A stretch of DNA of 64,000 nucleotides from Acutalibacteraceae bacterium (GTDB taxonomy: Bacteria > Actinomycetota > Coriobacteriia > Coriobacteriales > UMGS124). Positions 8,414 to 18,000 of the stretch are shown here, in pieces. How positions within the stretch are numbered: the first letter of the stretch is position 1; every line of letters begins with the position of its first letter. The notes under the pieces were generated by a model that was not told where the DNA came from, did not search any database, and saw only the letters and a program-made list of their open reading frames with translations. Position numbers and translations under genes: made by a program. The stretch spans positions 3,327-67,326 of the forward strand of contig CAVEWV010000002.1 in assembly GCA_963619535.1 (NCBI GenBank), read 5' to 3'.

Positions 8414-9586
8414 TTAGCGGTTGCCCTTGTAGGTGAGGGCGGGAAGGCTTGCCGGGTCCTTGAGCTCGTCGTAGATGTCGCGCACGATCTGGCAGGTGAG
8501 GTCGGCGCCGCCCAGGCCGTACATGTAGGCGCGCACGGGCACGGCGAGGCCCGCGTCGTACATGGCGGCCTTGACCTCGGCGGCAACGGGGCCGCCCACG
8601 CCGCCGAACGACTCGGAACGGTCGAGCACGGCCACGGCCTGGCAGCCCTTGAGCGCCTCGACGAGCGCCTCGGCGGGGAAGGGCCTGAAGACGCGGATGT
8701 TCACGACGCCCACGCGCTGGCCCTCCTCGCGCAGCTGGCGCGCCACATGGCGCACCGTGCCCGCGGCCGAGCCGATGATGACGACGGCGCGCTCGGCGTC
8801 TTCCATGCCATAGGTGTGCACGCAGGCCATCTCGCGGCCGCAGACCTGGGACCACGCGGCGAAGACCTCGTCGATGACGGGCTTGGCGGCGTCCTGGGCG
8901 CGGCGGCACGCCAGCTTGGACTCCATGACGATGGTGCCGTTGGCGTAGTTGCCGTGCGCGATGGCCTGAGGCGAGGTGAGCAGGCCGTAGGGAGCCTCGT
9001 AGGCGCCCACGAACTCGGCCACCGTGGCGTCGTCCATCAGCTCGCAGCGCTCGTAGGCGTGGCTCGTGGTGAAGCCGTCGAGCGTGGTGAGGACAGGCAG
9101 CATGACCTGGGGGTTCTCGGCGATGCGGAAGGCGCACACCGTGTTGTCGTAGGCCTGCTGGGCGTTCTCGGCGAACATGACGATCCAGCCGGAGTCGCGC
9201 ACGCCCATGATGTCGGAGTGGTCGGCGTGGATGTTGATGGGCGCCGAGATGGTGCGGTTGACGTTGGCCATGACGATAGGCAGGCGCATGCCGGCCGCGA
9301 TGGGCAGCTCCTCGTACATAAGCGCCAGGCCCTGCGAGGAGGTGGCCGTCACGGCACGCGCGCCGGCGGCCGAGGCGCCGATGGTGGCGCTCATGGCCGA
9401 GTGCTCGCTCTCGACGTTGACGTACTCGGTGTGCACGCGCCCGTCGGCCACGAACTTGTCGAACTCTTCGACGATGATGGTCTGGGGCGTGATGGGGTAG
9501 GCGGCCATGACGTCGGGCTCGGCCTGGCGCATGGCGTTGGCGACCATGATGTCGCCCGATGCCGCCAAAACAGTCTGGGTAGCCAT
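8414..9586 (-). CDS. porA: 2-oxoacid:ferredoxin oxidoreductase, alpha subunit
   Basis: It reads MATQTVLAASGDIMVANAMRQAEPDVMAAYPITPQT...ESEHSAMSATIGASAAGARA, typical of POR/VOR alpha. The start at 9586 overlaps the delta stop (TAATG). Confidence 0.9.
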   Translation of the reverse strand: MATQTVLAASGDIMVANAMRQAEPDVMAAYPITPQTIIVEEFDKFVADGRVHTEYVNVESEHSAMSATIGASAAGARAVTATSSQGLALMYEELPIAAGMRLPIVMANVNRTISAPINIHADHSDIMGVRDSGWIVMFAENAQQAYDNTVCAFRIAENPQVMLPVLTTLDGFTTSHAYERCELMDDATVAEFVGAYEAPYGLLTSPQAIAHGNYANGTIVMESKLACRRAQDAAKPVIDEVFAAWSQVCGREMACVHTYGMEDAERAVVIIGSAAGTVRHVARQLREEGQRVGVVNIRVFRPFPAEALVEALKGCQAVAVLDRSESFGGVGGPVAAEVKAAMYDAGLAVPVRAYMYGLGGADLTCQIVRDIYDELKDPASLPALTYKGNR

Positions 9587-9912
9587 TATGCCTGCACCTC
9601 CGCTTGCTTGGCGTCCTGCTCGTTGACCATGGTGATGGCGCCGAACTTGCACTCGCGGGCGCACACGCCGCAGCCCTTGCAGTGCTCGTAGTCGATGCCC
9701 GTCATGGCGCCGTCCTTGACCTCGATGGAGGCGTCGGGGCAGTACACCCAGCAGATCATGCAGTTCTTGCACACGGCGGAGTCCCAGATGGGCCTGTTCG
9801 TGCGCCAGCCGCCCGTCTGCACCAGGCGCGACGTGCCCGGCTCGGGCGCCACGCAGCCCAGGGGTATCTCGTCGTACTTCCACGAATCGTAAGAGGCGAT
9901 GTCCCAGCTCAT
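9586..9912 (-). CDS. porD: 2-oxoacid:ferredoxin oxidoreductase, delta subunit (2x[4Fe-4S] ferredoxin)
   Basis: It has two Cys clusters, CKNCMICWVYCP and CKGCGVCARECK. It is 108 aa and is flanked by the gamma and alpha subunit genes. Confidence 0.9.
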   Translation of the reverse strand: MSWDIASYDSWKYDEIPLGCVAPEPGTSRLVQTGGWRTNRPIWDSAVCKNCMICWVYCPDASIEVKDGAMTGIDYEHCKGCGVCARECKFGAITMVNEQDAKQAEVQA

Positions 9913-10485
9913 TTAAAAGACGACCTCCTCATAGGCACGGCGGACGCTGTCGAGGTTGCCCGCGACGACCTTGGCGTTGAACTTCTTGGAGAACTCGCGC
10001 TCGATGTGGGAGAGCACGTTGTCCAAGGTCATGACGCCGCACACCCGCGCCATGGCGGCCACGAGCGGCGTGTTGGGGATGTTGCGGCCGATGGTGTCGA
10101 GCGCGATCTGCGTGGCGTCGACGCAGGCCACGGTGATGCCGGCGGGCACGCCGAGCTGGGCGCGCATCTCGTCGGGGGTCTGGCGCGTGTTGAAGATGAC
10201 GGTGCCGGCGGGCTTCATGCCCTCGAGCACGTCGACTTGGCCCAGCAGCGTGGTGTCCATGACCACCACGATGTCGGGATTCACCACGTTGTTGTGGATC
10301 TCGATGGGCTCGTCGCTCAGGCGCGTGTAGGCCTTGAGCGGGGCGCCGGTGCGCTCCGGGCCGAACTCGGGCATGGCCTGCATGTAGCGGCCGTTGCCCA
10401 TGGCTATCTCAGCCACGAGCTGCGCCGCCGTCACGGCGCCTTGGCCGGCACGGGCGTGCCAGCGGATCTCTGTCAACTCTTGCAT
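9913..10485 (-). CDS. porG: 2-oxoacid:ferredoxin oxidoreductase, gamma subunit
   Basis: It reads IRWHARAGQGAVTAAQLVAEIA...PEFGPERTGAPLKAYTRLS, characteristic of the gamma subunit. The start was moved to ATG 10485, with AGGAGAGGG upstream. Confidence 0.9.
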   Translation of the reverse strand: MQELTEIRWHARAGQGAVTAAQLVAEIAMGNGRYMQAMPEFGPERTGAPLKAYTRLSDEPIEIHNNVVNPDIVVVMDTTLLGQVDVLEGMKPAGTVIFNTRQTPDEMRAQLGVPAGITVACVDATQIALDTIGRNIPNTPLVAAMARVCGVMTLDNVLSHIEREFSKKFNAKVVAGNLDSVRRAYEEVVF

Positions 10486-10504
10486 TGCTTTCCCTCTCCT
10501 GGTT

Positions 10505-10622
10505 GTTGCGGAACCTGGCGCGCCGCGTTCCACGGAGCCTCACGTACTCCAGTACGCTACGGCTCCGTGCGCCTTGCGCGCCAGAACCCGCGTTTTAGAA
10601 CGAGACGGAACCTGGCGCGGTG
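10505..10622. repeat. REP-like structured element, single copy, inverted relative to the 29613-29838 copies
   Basis: CGGAACCTGGCGCG boxes sit at both ends (10509-10522 and 10606-10620). The hairpin is CACGGAGCC (10531-10539), loop TCACGTACTCCAGTACGCTAC, GGCTCCGTG (10561-10569), followed by CGCCTTGCGCGCC. Confidence 0.75.
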
Positions 10623-10714
10623 CGGTCTGCGTGCTCCCATGCAAAAAGAGCCGCCCGCGAGGCGGACGGCCCTGAAGGCATGCGCATGTCCGGCGCAGGC
10701 GCCGCCCGCAGCGG

Positions 10715-11035
10715 TTAGCGGTCGCCGATGCGCTCGATGAGCTGCTCGCGCTGGCGCACGCCCAGACCCTGGACGCGGCGGGACTCGGAGATGCCGAGCT
10801 CCTCCATGAGCTTGACGGTCTTGGCAACGCCGAAGCCCGGGACGGACTCGATGAGGGCGGAGACCTTCATGCGCTTGGCGACGTCGGTGTCCATCTCAAG
10901 CACCTCGGCGATGGAGACCTTGCCGGCCTTGATGTCGTCGCGCAGCTTGGCGCGGTCGTGGCGAGCCTGGGCGGCCTTCGCGAGAGCCTCGGCGCGCTGG
11001 GCGGTGGTGAGGTTGGGCACGTTGCTCTTGGTCAT
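10715..11035 (-). CDS. mihF: Actinobacterial integration host factor (mIHF)
   Basis: This 106-aa protein has TAQRAEALAKAAQARHDRAKLRDDIKAGKVSIAEVL... and a C-terminal helix-hairpin-helix (VPGFGVAKTVKLMEELGI), matching the mIHF family as I recall it. Confidence 0.85.
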   Translation of the reverse strand: MTKSNVPNLTTAQRAEALAKAAQARHDRAKLRDDIKAGKVSIAEVLEMDTDVAKRMKVSALIESVPGFGVAKTVKLMEELGISESRRVQGLGVRQREQLIERIGDR

Positions 11036-11301
11036 AGAAAACTCCCTTTAAAAAAGCGAGAAGTTGCAGGTTGCATAACAAGCATCGCATAGCATTGCAC
11101 ACTTCACCTGCCATTTCAATGAGCATCAGCCGAAAAATAGCAAGTTGGCCCGCGCGGCCTCAGCCCGGGGGCGAACGGCCCCGGACCGCCCTGCTCGCCG
11201 CGCTTCGCACGCGCGTTTGCCTAAAAACACACCTTTCCCGCCCGCCCTGCACAAGCGACGCGCATAATTGCGAAACTCGCCCATCGAGCTGAGAGGGAGC
11301 C

Positions 11302-12939
11302 ATGGCGCTGATAAAAGAGTTGACCTCAGAGTACGAGGAGTACCTGCGCGACGAGTCGCGCTCCAGCGGGACCGCGTGCACCATCTCGTTTCCCCATGAC
11401 ATGCAGGAGGTGCGCCAGGTCATACGCGAGCTCGCCGACACCGACGAGCAAGCGGGCACGCGCACGCCCATCTGCGTGCAGGGCGGGCGCACCGGCCTTG
11501 CGGCCGGCGCCGTGCCCACGGGCGGCCACGTCATGAACCTGTCGAAGATGAACCGCTACCTGGGCATGCGCCACGAGCGCGACGAGCAGGGGCGGCAGCG
11601 CTTCTTCGTGCGCGTCCAGCCGGGCCTGGTGCTCTCGCAGCTGCGCAGCGACCTTGCCGACAAGGCCGTGCCGTGCGCGGGCTTCGACGAGGAGTCCATG
11701 CAGGCCTGGCAGGCCTTCCAGGACGCGGGGGCGTGGTTCTTCCCCACCGACCCCACCGAGGTGTCCGCCACCATCGGCGGCATGGTGGCCTGCAACGCCA
11801 GCGGCGCCCGGTCGTACCGCTACGGCGCGGTGCGCCCGCACGTGAGCGCCCTGCGCGTGGTGCTGCCCAACGCCGAGACCCTCTCGCTGCGCCGCGGCCA
11901 GGTGCGCGCCCAGGGCCTCGACCTCGAGCTCGCAAGCGAGGAGGGCACGCGCATCCATATAGATGTGCCCGCCTACGAGATGCCTGCGGTGAAGAACGCC
12001 TCGGGCTACTTCGCCGCCCCCGACATGGACGCCGTCGACCTGTTCGTGGGCTCGGACGGCACCCTGGGCGTCATCTGCGAGGTGGAGCTGGAGCTGCTCC
12101 CCTGCCCGGCCGTCACCTGGGGCGTGAGCTGCTTCTTCACGAGCGAGGCCCAGGCCATCGACTTCACGTGCGCCGTGCGCGCCCGCCTTGGCTGCGTGGA
12201 CGCCTGCGAGTTCTTCGACTCCGCGGCGCTGGAGATCCTGCGCCAGCAGCGCCTGCACTCCCGGGCCTTCGCCTCGCTTCCCGCCACGCCCGACAAGGCC
12301 GACTGCTGCATCTACGTGGAGCTTGCCTGCCCGGGCGAGGACGAGGCGCTCCAAGCGCTCTGGGAGGTGGGCCGCATCATGCAGGAGTGCGGGGCCGACG
12401 AGGGCATGACCTGGGTCGCCCGCACCGACATCGACCGCGAGACCCAGCGGTTCTTCCGCCATGCGGTGCCCGAGAGCGTCAACATGCTCATCGACGAGCG
12501 CCGAAAGGCCGGGCACGCCATCACCAAGCTCGGCAGCGACATGAGCGTGCCCGACGAGCGGCTCGCCGAGGTGGTGGCGATGTACCGCGCCACGCTGGAG
12601 GAGGCCGGGCTGCAGAGCGCCGTGTGGGGCCACATCGGCAACAACCACCTGCACGTGAACGTGCTTCCCCGCGACGAGGCCGACTACGCCCGCGGCAAGG
12701 AGCTCTTCGGGCGCTGGGCCCAGACGGTGACGCAGATGGGCGGGGCGGTGAGCGCCGAGCACGGCGTGGGCAAGCTCAAGCGCGACTTCCTCCAGACGAT
12801 GTACGGCGCCCAGGCCGTGGGGCAGATGGCGCGCGCGAAGGCCCAGCTCGACACGCGCGGCGTGTTCGGGCGCGGCAACCTCTTCGGGCCCGACGTGCTC
12901 GACTCCCAGATCGCCTCCGCGGCAGAAAGGCAGGGCTAG
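11302..12939 (+). CDS. FAD-linked oxidase / GlcD-like dehydrogenase (candidate D-lactate or 2-hydroxyacid dehydrogenase)
   Basis: It has a PCMH-type FAD-binding domain (ICVQGGRTGLAAGAVPTGGHVMNLSKMN) and a C-terminal FAD-oxidase_C signature (GGAVSAEHGVGKLKRDFL). GAGGGAG lies before the ATG. Confidence 0.85.
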   Translation: MALIKELTSEYEEYLRDESRSSGTACTISFPHDMQEVRQVIRELADTDEQAGTRTPICVQGGRTGLAAGAVPTGGHVMNLSKMNRYLGMRHERDEQGRQRFFVRVQPGLVLSQLRSDLADKAVPCAGFDEESMQAWQAFQDAGAWFFPTDPTEVSATIGGMVACNASGARSYRYGAVRPHVSALRVVLPNAETLSLRRGQVRAQGLDLELASEEGTRIHIDVPAYEMPAVKNASGYFAAPDMDAVDLFVGSDGTLGVICEVELELLPCPAVTWGVSCFFTSEAQAIDFTCAVRARLGCVDACEFFDSAALEILRQQRLHSRAFASLPATPDKADCCIYVELACPGEDEALQALWEVGRIMQECGADEGMTWVARTDIDRETQRFFRHAVPESVNMLIDERRKAGHAITKLGSDMSVPDERLAEVVAMYRATLEEAGLQSAVWGHIGNNHLHVNVLPRDEADYARGKELFGRWAQTVTQMGGAVSAEHGVGKLKRDFLQTMYGAQAVGQMARAKAQLDTRGVFGRGNLFGPDVLDSQIASAAERQG

Positions 12940-12943
12940 CCCG

Positions 12944-13738
12944 ATGAACAGCGTGGTTTGCATCAAGGCCGTGCCCTCCACCACCGAGGTCAAGATGGAC
13001 CCCGTCACCAACACGCTCGTGCGCGACGGCAAGCAGAGCGTGGTGAACCCCTTCGACCAGACGGCCCTTGAGGTGGCCGTGCGCCTGAAGGAGCAGCTCG
13101 GCGGCGAGGTGTGCGCCCTGTCCATGGGCATCCCCGACACCGAGCGCCTGCTGCGCGACTGCCTGGCACGCGGGGCGGACCGCGCGGTGCTGCTGAGCGA
13201 CCGCGCCTTCGCCGGCGCCGACACGCTCGCCACGTCCTACTCGCTGTCGTGCGCGCTGGACGGCCTGGCCAAGCAGGGATGGTTCTGCGACGTGGTGGTC
13301 TGCGGCAAGATGGCGGTTGACGGCGACACCGCCCAGATCGGGCCCGAGCTGGCGAGCGTCCTGGGCGTGCCGTGCGTCACCGACATCACCGAGCTTCTGG
13401 CGGCCGACGAGCAGAGGCTCACCCTCTGCCGCCAGACCGACTCGGGACCCGCCGTGGTGGAGGTGGACCTGCCCTGCGTCATCACCGTGAACAAGGACGT
13501 CTGCACGCCGCGCATGCCCTCCATCAAGGGCGTCCGTGCCGGGGTCGAGGGCCACGTCGAGGTGAGGGGCGCCGCGCAGGCCGCGGCCGACCCCGCGCGC
13601 ATCGGCCTTGCCGGGTCGCCCACCCAGGTGGTGCGCTCGTTCACGCCCGAGAGGGGCGGCGGCTGCACGGTCCTGGAAGGCGACGCCGCCCAGCAGGCCG
13701 AGGCGCTTGCGGCCGTATTTGAGGAGATGGGACTGTGA
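12944..13738 (+). CDS. etfB: Electron transfer flavoprotein, beta subunit
   Basis: It reads VVCIKAVPSTTEVKMDPVTNTLVRDG...NPFDQTALEVAVRLKE...LLSDRAFAGADTLATSY, typical of EtfB/FixA. It lies 4 nt after the oxidase stop. Confidence 0.9.
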   Translation: MNSVVCIKAVPSTTEVKMDPVTNTLVRDGKQSVVNPFDQTALEVAVRLKEQLGGEVCALSMGIPDTERLLRDCLARGADRAVLLSDRAFAGADTLATSYSLSCALDGLAKQGWFCDVVVCGKMAVDGDTAQIGPELASVLGVPCVTDITELLAADEQRLTLCRQTDSGPAVVEVDLPCVITVNKDVCTPRMPSIKGVRAGVEGHVEVRGAAQAAADPARIGLAGSPTQVVRSFTPERGGGCTVLEGDAAQQAEALAAVFEEMGL

Positions 13739-14931
13739 CGGGACTCGTTATCGACGCGCAGAAGTGCCGCGGCTGCGGACGCTGCGTGCGCGCATGCTCC
13801 AACGGAGCCCTTGAGATGGTCGACCGCGTGGCGCGTGTGACGGACACGTGCGTGCTGTGCGGCCTGTGCGTGGACAGCTGTCGGTTCGATGCCATCGAGC
13901 TCGTGCGCGAGCAGCGCGCGGAGAGCCCCTTGGACGACTGTCGGGACATATGGGTGTTCGCCCAGACGCAACAGGGCGCGGCGCTGCCCGTGGCCTGCGA
14001 GCTGCTGGGCCAGGCCCGCAAGCTGGCCGACGCCCGCGGCTGCGAGGTCACGGCCGTGTTGGGCTGCGACGCCGCACACGCCGACGGCCTCGACGCGCAG
14101 GCGGCCGCACTCGTGGCCGCAGGCGCCGACCGCGTGCTCGCCTGCGCCGACGCGAGCCTGGCCGACGACGCCTGCGAGGCCTACGCCACCTGGCTGTGCG
14201 GCCTCATCGAGCAGCGCAAGCCTGAGACGGTCCTGTTCGGGGCCACCGTCTTCGGGCGCGAGGTGGCGCCCTGCGTGGCGGCCCGCGTGCGCACCGGCCT
14301 CACCGCCGACTGCACGCAGCTCGCCATCGACCCGCAGACGGGCCTGCTGCAGCAGACGCGCCCCACCTTCGGCGGCAACCTCATGGCCACCATCGTGTGC
14401 CCGCAGCACCGCCCCCAGATGGCCACCGTGCGCCCCGGCGTGCTCGCCGCGCCCACGCCCGACGAGGGGCGCTCGGGCTCGGTGGAGCGCGTCGCCGGCC
14501 CGCAGGGCGTACGCCCCCACGTGCGCGTGGTGGAGCGCCTCGCGGCCGCGCAGGACGACTCCGTGGCCGACGCGGGGCTGCTCGTGGTGGTGGGCCGCGG
14601 CATCGGCGCGAAGAAGAACCTCGCGCTCGCCCGCAGGCTCGCCGAGCTGCTCGGCGCCGACCTAGGCTGCTCGCGGCCCCTGGTGGAGCAGGGCTGGCTC
14701 GAGTACCCCCACCAGGTGGGCCAGACCGGCGTGTCCGTCTCGCCGCGCCTGCTCGTGAGCGTGGGCGTGTCGGGCGCCATCCAGCACCTGGCCGGCATCG
14801 GCGGGGCCGAGTGCGTCGTGGCCGTCAACTCCGACCCCGAGGCCCCCATCCACTCCGCCGCCACCTACAGCGTGGTGGGCGACTGCGTCGAGGTCCTCAA
14901 GGAGCTCATCGCCCGCCTCGAGGCCCGATAG
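13735..14931 (+). CDS. etfA: Electron transfer flavoprotein, alpha subunit with an N-terminal 2x[4Fe-4S] ferredoxin domain
   Basis: The N-terminus has CRGCGRCVRACSNGAL and CVLCGLCVDSCRFDAI. The EtfA core includes VVVGRGIG...LADLLGADLGCSRPLVEQGW...QVGQTG and AVNSDPEAPI. Its start overlaps the etfB stop. Confidence 0.9.
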   Translation: MTGLVIDAQKCRGCGRCVRACSNGALEMVDRVARVTDTCVLCGLCVDSCRFDAIELVREQRAESPLDDCRDIWVFAQTQQGAALPVACELLGQARKLADARGCEVTAVLGCDAAHADGLDAQAAALVAAGADRVLACADASLADDACEAYATWLCGLIEQRKPETVLFGATVFGREVAPCVAARVRTGLTADCTQLAIDPQTGLLQQTRPTFGGNLMATIVCPQHRPQMATVRPGVLAAPTPDEGRSGSVERVAGPQGVRPHVRVVERLAAAQDDSVADAGLLVVVGRGIGAKKNLALARRLAELLGADLGCSRPLVEQGWLEYPHQVGQTGVSVSPRLLVSVGVSGAIQHLAGIGGAECVVAVNSDPEAPIHSAATYSVVGDCVEVLKELIARLEAR

Positions 14932-15068
14932 GGGCAGGCGCGAGGCGCAAATCCGGCGGCTCTCGTGGTTTATAGGCCCAGCCTCGCCATGGGAGCCGCC
15001 CGGTTGCCTGCGCCTTTGGTATGCTTCTCGAATTAGAGGAAGCTTACCCGAGGTGTAAAGGACGCGCC

Positions 15069-18000
15069 ATGTTTGACAAACGCCTGCTCGCAATGGTCCC
15101 ACGCGCGCTGCGCTACATCCTGGCCAACGTGGGGCTGCAATGGGTGGCCCTGCTGGCCAACGTGCTGCTCTTCATCGTGGTGGGGCAGCTGCTCCAGGCG
15201 GTGCTGCTGGGGCAGGCGAGCTGGTCGAACGTGGCGGGGACCGCCGTGACGGCAGCGTTTGCCGTCGTGGTGCGCCTCGTGTGCCAGGCCGGCGCCCAGA
15301 GGATGGGGCTGGCCAGCGCGGCGCTGGCCAAGCGCACGGTGCGCCAGCTCGTCTACGACAAGCTCGTGGCGCTCGGCCCCAACTACAAGGAGCGTGTCTC
15401 CACGAGCGAGGCCACGCAGCTGTGCGTGGAGGGCGTCGAGCAGCTCGAGGCCTACTTCGGCAACTACCTGCCCCAGCTCTTCTACGCGCTGCTGGCAAGC
15501 GTCACGCTCTTCGGCTGCCTGGCCCCCCTGTGCACGCCGGCGGCCATCGTCCTTCTGTGCTGCGTGCCGCTCATCCCCATCTCCATCATGGCCGTCATGG
15601 CCATCGCCAAGCGCGTCATGGGCAACTACTGGAGCTCCTACACCGACCTGGGCGCGATGTTTCTGGAGTCCATCCAGGGCCTCACCACGCTCAAGGTGTT
15701 CAAGGCCGACGCCCGCCGCCACCAGGTGATGAACGACACGGCCGAGGGCTTCCGCAAGGCAACGATGCGCCTGCTCACCATGCAGCTCAACTCCGTGGTC
15801 ATCATGGACGTCTTCGCCTTCGCGGGGGCCGCGGCGGGCATCGTGGTGATGCTCAACTGCTACGCGGCCGGCGGCGTCACCTTCGGCGGGGCCTTCGCGT
15901 TCGTCTTCCTCGCCGCCGACTTCTTCATCCCGCTGCGCACCCTGGGCTCCTTCTTCCACACCGCCACGGGCGGCATGGCCGCGGCCGAGCGCATGTACAA
16001 GATCCTCGACGCCCCCGAGGGCCCGGCCGGCACGCGCACCATCAAGGCCTCCCAGGCCGACGTCGTGTGCAAGTCGGTGGGCTACTCCTACGACGGGCAG
16101 CGCACCGTGCTGTGCGACGTGGACCTGCGCGCCCCCATGGGCAGCTTCGTGGGCGTGACCGGTGCCAGCGGCTCAGGCAAGTCCACCCTGGCGGGCATCG
16201 TCTGCGGGGCCAACCGCGCCTACACGGGGCGCGTCACGTTCGGCGGCGTGGACCTGCGCGACGCCAGCGCCGAGAGCCTGCGCCAGACGGTGACCTACGT
16301 GGGCTTCCGCTCGTTCCTGTTTGCGGGCAGCGTCCGCTCGAACCTGCTGCTCGCACGTCCCAAGGCAAGCGACGAAGAGCTGTGGGAGGCCCTGCGCCGC
16401 TGCCGCATCGACGGTTTCGTACGCGCCAACGGCGGCCTCGACGCGCCCGTGAGCGCCGAGGGGACCAACCTGTCCGGTGGGCAGCGCCAGCGCCTCGCCA
16501 TGGCCCGGGCCCTGCTGCACGACACGCCCGTCTACATCTTCGACGAGGCGACCTCCAACATCGACGCCGACAGCGAGGCCGCCATCATCGAGACCATCGC
16601 CGACCTTGCGCGCACGCACACCGTCATCATGGTGTCGCACCGCCTGGCCGCCCTGCACGGCTGCGACGAAATCTACGTCTTTGAGGACGGCCGCGTGGTG
16701 CAGCGCGGCACGCACGCCCAGCTCGCGGCCACGCCCGGCGCCTATGCGTCCCTCTGGGCTCAGCAGGAGGCGCTCGAGACCTTCGGCCGCCAGGTGAGGG
16801 AACCTTCCCGGGCAGACGCCGAGGGGGCAGGGCGCGCTCAGGCCGGGGCGCCCGCCGACGAGGACGTCAGCGCAGCGTCGGCGACCCGGCGCCCCGCAGG
16901 CGCGCAGGCACGCGTCCAGCGCGGCAAGGTGGCCACGATGCTGCAGCTCGTGAAGCTCACCCGGCCGCTGCTGCCCGTGCTCGCCGCCGCCGTCGTGCTG
17001 GGCGTGCTCGGGTTCCTGGCCGCCATCGGCATCACGGTGCTCGCGGCGTCGGGCCTGCTCAGCCTTGAGGGGCAGGCCTGCTGGGTGGCCGCGGGCGCGG
17101 CGGGCGTCGCGGCCGTGTGCTGCGGCGTGGCGCGCGGCCCCTTGCGCTATGCCGAGCAGCTCTGCAACCACTACATGGCCTTCAAGGTGCTCGCCCTCGT
17201 GCGCGACAAGGTGTTCGCCGCCATGCGCCGCCTCGCCCCCGCCAAGCTCGAGTGCAAGGACAAGGGCGACCTCGTGAGCCTCGTGACCTCCGACGTGGAG
17301 CTGCTCGAGGTGTTCTACGCCCACACGCTCTCCCCCGCCGCCATCGCCCTGATCGTGAGCCTTATAATGCTCGCCTTCATCGGCGGGCAGGCCCCGCAGC
17401 TCGTGCCCTTCGCGGCCTGCGCCTTTTTGTGCGTGGGCGTCGTGGTGCCCTGGGCGTCGTCGCGCTACACCGCCGACTCGGGCCTGGCCGTGCGCGAGGG
17501 CGTGGCGCGCATGAACACCTACGTGCTCGACTCGCTGCGCGGCCTGTCCGAGACGCTGCAGTTCGGCGCGGGGCGCAAGAGCTCCGGCGAGCTGTCCTGG
17601 CGCATGGACGAGCTCGCCGCCACCGAGCGCAGGCTCAAGGGACGCGGGGCCAACGCCATGGCCGTCTCGGGCGCGGTCGTGCTGCTCCTCGACGTTGCCA
17701 TGGTCCTGATGGCCGCGGCCCTCGTGATGCAGGGCAGGCTCGAGTTCGGGCGCGCCGTCATGGCGGCGTCGGCCTTCATGGCGTCGTTCGGGCCGCTCTT
17801 GGCCGTGGCCGCCCTGGGCTCCACGCTGCAGCAGACGCTCGCCGCGGGCTCGCGCGTGCTCGACCTGCTCGAGGAGGCCCCGCAGACCCCCGAGGTCGTG
17901 GACGGCATCGACCTGGAGGGCTTCGAGGGCACGGCGCTTCGCCGCGTGAACTTCTCCTACGCCGACGAGGCCATCCTCACCGACATCGACCTCGCGGTGG

